A stretch of DNA of 20,604 bases. It comes from Allobaculum fili. GTDB lineage: Bacteria > Bacillota_I > Bacilli_A > Erysipelotrichales > Erysipelotrichaceae. The translations under genes were made by a program, and so were the position numbers. The notes under the pieces were generated by a model. It did not search any database. It was not told the DNA's origin and saw nothing but the letters and a program-made list of their open reading frames with translations. The stretch covers positions 1 through 20,604 of the forward strand of contig NZ_JAHDSX010000041.1 of NCBI RefSeq assembly GCF_020969955.1, read 5' to 3'. The first letter of the stretch is position 1, and every line of letters starts with the position of its first letter. This document shows, piece by piece, positions 17,381-20,604 of the stretch.

Positions 17381-18340
17381 ATGACTAACTACGAGATTAC
17401 TACGCTGGAAGAGACTGATACCCTTGGAAAATTCGAAATGTCGCCTCTCCCGGATCAGTTCGGAATTACCCTGGGAAATTCACTGAGAAGAGTGCTTCTC
17501 TCTGCAATTCCTGGAGGCGCTGTCTTCAGCATTCGAATTGATGACGTCTATCACGAGTTTACAGGTGTGGAGGGCGTCACCGAAGACGTTTCGGCGATCA
17601 TCCTGAACCTGAAAAAACTGATTCTGAGTATCGATATCAGCGACAACGAGATTTATACATTGCGCATTCATGAAACAGGACCATGCGTTGTCACTGCAGG
17701 CGATATTCAGTGCCCGGAAGGGGTTAAAGTGCTTAACCCGGATCTTCCGATCTGTACTCTGTCTGCCGGTAAGGAATTTTCCATGGAAATGCAGGCCAAA
17801 CTTGGCCGCGGCTTTGTGGCAGCTGATATCAACAAGCACCGCCACGCTGGCCCGAACTCCCCGATCGGAGTCATCTACACCGATTCTCTTTTCTCCCCGG
17901 TAGTACGCGTTGCCTATTCCACACGTTCGGAATACAACGAGGACCACAAGCCTTATGACGTACTGACGATGGAGATTGAAACCGACGGAACTCTCAAACC
18001 GTTCCAGACGCTCGCCATCGCATCGAAGATCCTGCGCGATCACCTTGCGATTATCGGTGAAGCCAATGTGGCGCAGGAGGATCCGGCTCTTGAAGAAGAA
18101 GAGATTCTCAAGGAACGCAATGCATCGCTCAAATCCAAGATGATTGAAGACCTTGAACTTTCGGTTCGTTCCTACAACTGTCTGAAACGTGCCGGTATTT
18201 CCACCGTAGATGAACTGTGCCAGAAGACTGAATACGAAATGCAGCATGTCAGAAACCTTGGCAAGAAATCGCTGCTTGAAATCAAAGACAAAATCTACTC
18301 CCTCGGTCTTTCCTTTAAGGCCGGCGGAGATAATCAATAG
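17381..18340 (+). CDS. rpoA: DNA-directed RNA polymerase subunit alpha
   Basis: 319 aa. N-terminal domain GNSLRRVLLSAIPG, C-terminal domain IEDLELSVRSYNCLKRAGISTVDEL. AAAGGAGG SD. Confidence 0.98.
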   Translation: MTNYEITTLEETDTLGKFEMSPLPDQFGITLGNSLRRVLLSAIPGGAVFSIRIDDVYHEFTGVEGVTEDVSAIILNLKKLILSIDISDNEIYTLRIHETGPCVVTAGDIQCPEGVKVLNPDLPICTLSAGKEFSMEMQAKLGRGFVAADINKHRHAGPNSPIGVIYTDSLFSPVVRVAYSTRSEYNEDHKPYDVLTMEIETDGTLKPFQTLAIASKILRDHLAIIGEANVAQEDPALEEEEILKERNASLKSKMIEDLELSVRSYNCLKRAGISTVDELCQKTEYEMQHVRNLGKKSLLEIKDKIYSLGLSFKAGGDNQ

Positions 18341-18349
18341 GAGTCAAAG

Positions 18350-18712
18350 ATGAAAAACCGTAAACTCGGCCGCACTTCTGATCATCGTAAAGCCCTGCTT
18401 CGCAACATGGCCACTTCGCTGATCGAAAACGGCTCAATGGAAACCACTGAAATGAAAGCCAAAGAGCTCAGTTCAGTGATGGATCGTCTCGTCACTCTCG
18501 CTAAACGTGGAGATCTTCACGCTCGCCGTCAGGCAGCTGCGTTTGTTCGCAACGTTGAAGTTGATGACGAAGGCACTACTGCTCTGCAGAAACTGTTCGA
18601 CGAAATCGGACCCGCTTATGCGGATCGTACCGGCGGATACACACGTGTTGTTAAAACACGCATCCGTCGCGGTGATGCTGCTCCGATGGCAATCGTTGAA
18701 TTCGTGAAGTAA
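18350..18712 (+). CDS. rplQ: 50S ribosomal protein L17
   Basis: 120 aa, [35 protein letters not shown]...GGYTRVVK. Confidence 0.97.
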   Translation: MKNRKLGRTSDHRKALLRNMATSLIENGSMETTEMKAKELSSVMDRLVTLAKRGDLHARRQAAAFVRNVEVDDEGTTALQKLFDEIGPAYADRTGGYTRVVKTRIRRGDAAPMAIVEFVK

Positions 18713-18733
18713 ACGATCATATAACCAATTTGA

Positions 18734-18759
18734 AGAAGGCTTCGGCCTTCTCTTTTTTT
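18734..18759 (+). terminator. Intrinsic terminator ending the alpha operon
   Basis: AGAAGGC (18734..18740) - TTCG - GCCTTCT (18745..18751), then C and seven T (18753..18759). Confidence 0.85.
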
Positions 18760-18856
18760 CGCTCTTTTGAAAAATCTGGACCGAGATACTCTTTCGTCTG
18801 TTCAAAAAACCGGGAGTCCGTCAAAGCGGAAATATGAATTGTGATACCATAAAACC

Positions 18857-19444
18857 ATGAGTACGTTTGAACAGCTTACGCAGTATGGACATGCCCATCA
18901 GATCCCGATTCTGATGGACGAGTCGATGGAATGGCTGGAGAAAATTCTTCTGGAATACCGTCCTTCGACCTTTCTTGAAATTGGAACCGCCATTGGCCGA
19001 ACTTCCATTGAAGCGGCCCGCATTCTCCCCGATCTTCAGGTCATGACGATTGAGCGGGATCCTGAAATGGCCGCCCAGGCCAGGAAAAACATCGAAGCCA
19101 GTGAACAGAAAGATCGCATTACCTTTATTGAAGGCGACGCCCGAGATGTCGATCTGAGCGGCCAGACATTTGATCTGATTTTTATCGATGCTGCCAAAAG
19201 CCAGTACAGACGCTTTTTTGAGAAATACAGTCCGCTACTTTCCGAGAATGGTCTGATCATTACCGACAACATGTTTTTCCATGGCCTGGTCGAACATCCG
19301 GAACGAACGCATAATCGACATACGAAAGGTCTGATTCGAAGACTTCGGGCGTACTGGGAGTTTCTTGAAACCAACGAGGAGTTTGAAACGACCATTCTGA
19401 ACATCGGGGATGGTCTCGCTCTCACAAGGAGGAAACATGCTTAA
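18857..19444 (+). CDS. Class I SAM-dependent O-methyltransferase (family 3; YrrM/TrmR-like)
   Basis: 195 aa. SAM motif FLEIGTAIGRTS, IERDPEMAAQARKNI, ITFIEGDA, FDLIFIDAAKSQY, LLSENGLIITDN. No SD before the ATG. Confidence 0.8.
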   Translation: MSTFEQLTQYGHAHQIPILMDESMEWLEKILLEYRPSTFLEIGTAIGRTSIEAARILPDLQVMTIERDPEMAAQARKNIEASEQKDRITFIEGDARDVDLSGQTFDLIFIDAAKSQYRRFFEKYSPLLSENGLIITDNMFFHGLVEHPERTHNRHTKGLIRRLRAYWEFLETNEEFETTILNIGDGLALTRRKHA

Positions 19445-19817
19445 ATTCTTATTGAAAACTGGTGCCGTCGTCGCAGCAGCCGGGCTTGTACTCGGTCTGA
19501 TTAAGAAATACGAAGACGACCGCGCTATGGACGAGGAAGACTGGGATTACGAAATCCAGAAAACTCCGGAAACCGACGCAGATGACGCAGCGAAGGAAAC
19601 GCCGACGGATACCGCAGAAGTAAAATCTGCACCGGAAGAAACCGCCAAGCCAGAACCGGCAGAAGAGAGCACAGACGAAGAACAGTCTCTTCCTGCCATT
19701 CTTCCCGAAGAAGAACCCGTACCGGTTACAGACGAATCCGTAACGGCTGAAACGACGACACCGGAACACGAATCCGAAACGCCAGCGGAAAACAAGCCGA
19801 AATCCACTGAAGAATAA
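19437..19817 (+). CDS. Hypothetical N-terminally anchored, highly acidic/disordered protein
   Basis: ATG 19437 preceded by AAGGAGG. I prefer it to the track start 19410. It overlaps the methyltransferase stop by 8 nt. MLKFLLKTGAVVAAAGLVLGLIKK is followed by a run of about 100 aa rich in E, T, P, D and A. Confidence 0.6.
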   Translation: MLKFLLKTGAVVAAAGLVLGLIKKYEDDRAMDEEDWDYEIQKTPETDADDAAKETPTDTAEVKSAPEETAKPEPAEESTDEEQSLPAILPEEEPVPVTDESVTAETTTPEHESETPAENKPKSTEE

Positions 19818-19910
19818 AGTCTCTTCCTCTTATGAGGAAAAGAAAGCAGGCTGCTGTACAGCTTCCGATTAGAGCTGTCCAAAATCCGCCTGAAGAAAGA
19901 AGGGTAAATC

Positions 19911-20372
19911 ATGAAAGGTCTCAACAGGTTTCTGAAATTTGTGGCCGCTCTGGCGGCGATCGCCGCTGCCGTCGCAGCCATTGTGTATTTCTTCGAACGG
20001 CGCAACCGTGAGATGGAAGAGCTAGACGCCTATCTGATGGGCGATGATCCAACGTCCTCTTCCACCGATTTCGTTTCCTCGAATACAGATGCTGCACCGG
20101 ATTATCTGAAAGAAGACTTTGAACAGCTGGGCACGCTCGATCAGGGCGAAATCATTAACGTATCCCTGATGGCAAGCCCCAACGATGTACAGGCTGTCCA
20201 GGAACAGCTGGCCGCAGCCGGGTATTCGAGCACATACGATCACGAAGGCATGATTCTCGACATTACGCTCAGCGGTCCGAAAGACGAACAGGAAATTCAG
20301 GAGTTCGTTGAGGAACTCGAAAAGATTTTAAGCAGCCGCAGCGTCGAGTATATCGGCTACGCCCTCGAATAA
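19911..20372 (+). CDS. Hypothetical N-terminally anchored acidic protein
   Basis: 153 aa. FLKFVAALAAIAAAVAAIVYFF anchor, acidic linker, and a C-terminal segment of about 80 aa (INVSLMASPNDVQAVQEQLAAAGY...). GAAGGG SD. Confidence 0.6.
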   Translation: MKGLNRFLKFVAALAAIAAAVAAIVYFFERRNREMEELDAYLMGDDPTSSSTDFVSSNTDAAPDYLKEDFEQLGTLDQGEIINVSLMASPNDVQAVQEQLAAAGYSSTYDHEGMILDITLSGPKDEQEIQEFVEELEKILSSRSVEYIGYALE

Positions 20373-20407
20373 TCTGAAAAAAGGATCAGATCCAATTCAA
20401 CAGAAAC

Positions 20408-20455
20408 AAGGCTCTCGCAACGGACGAACCAGCCCGGAAAGCGAGAGCCTTTTTG
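20408..20455 (+). terminator. Probable intrinsic terminator (large loop)
   Basis: AAGGCTCTCGC (20408..20418) / GCGAGAGCCTT (20441..20451) with a 22-nt loop, then TTTTT. Confidence 0.55.
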
Positions 20456-20556
20456 TATGCGGATGATCTGTTCTCAAATTGTAAGCGTCAAATAAAAGAC
20501 GGGTATTTTCTCGACCGCCTCCTTGGGATAATTCCTTTATTCAAGGAGGCTTTTTC

Positions 20557-20604
20557 ATGGAATCAATCATCCCTGCAATCGATCTCGGTATCGATTTCTC
20601 CAAA
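20557..20604 (+). CDS. 5' end of an unidentified ORF running off the window
   Basis: ATG 20557 with AAGGAGG at 20543..20549: MESIIPAIDLGIDFSK... Only 16 codons are visible. Confidence 0.35.
   Translation, partial: MESIIPAIDLGIDFSK

Noticed and set aside
17480-18337. 285-aa - strand ORF covering rpoA; likewise 8520..9320, 12276..13070 and 11414..12055.
   Set aside because: Antisense shadows of confidently identified genes (rpoA, rpsH/rplF, adk, secY).
1-20604. Search for CRISPR arrays, rRNA/tRNA genes, prophage or defence-system signatures.
   Set aside because: I saw no regularly spaced direct repeats, no rRNA- or tRNA-like sequence, and no nuclease, ATPase, methylase or toxin-like ORFs beyond those listed.

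Overview
The window is mostly a Bacillota-style ribosomal-protein super-operon on the + strand. It comprises the S10 cluster (rpsJ-rplC-rplD-rplW-rplB-rpsS-rplV-rpsC-rplP-rpmC-rpsQ), the spc cluster (rplN-rplX-rplE-rpsZ-rpsH-rplF-rplR-rpsE-rplO-secY-adk) and the alpha cluster (rpmJ-rpsM-rpsK-rpoA-rplQ). Genes carry AGGAGG-type Shine-Dalgarno (SD) sites and there are several TAATG stop/start overlaps. Departures from the canonical layout: (1) a partial IS256-family element, with its transposase on the - strand at 1..1150, lies about 0.5 kb upstream of rpsJ. (2) There is no rpmD (L30) between rpsE and rplO. (3) A strong intrinsic terminator sits between secY and adk. (4) Where map-infA normally lie, between adk and rpmJ, there is about 3.4 kb of non-ribosomal DNA. 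It holds a + strand terminator, a 44-codon nitroreductase-like stub, and a - strand two-gene module. That module is a ~432-codon membrane protein split by a perfect 10-bp tandem duplication, translationally coupled to an isochorismatase-family cysteine hydrolase. The insert continues with ~570 bp lacking any ORF, then a near-consensus promoter and a ~230-nt GC-rich leader in front of rpmJ. (5) A 160-nt structured spacer separates rplW from rplB. (6) S3 carries a ~67-aa Arg/Gly-rich C-terminal tail. Downstream of the rplQ terminator lie a SAM-dependent O-methyltransferase, two membrane-anchored acidic proteins and the start of one more ORF. I found no CRISPR array, tRNA or rRNA. Nothing here is convincingly a new multi-gene system. 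The best follow-up candidates are the adk-rpmJ insert (the split membrane gene plus hydrolase) and the rpmJ leader RNA.
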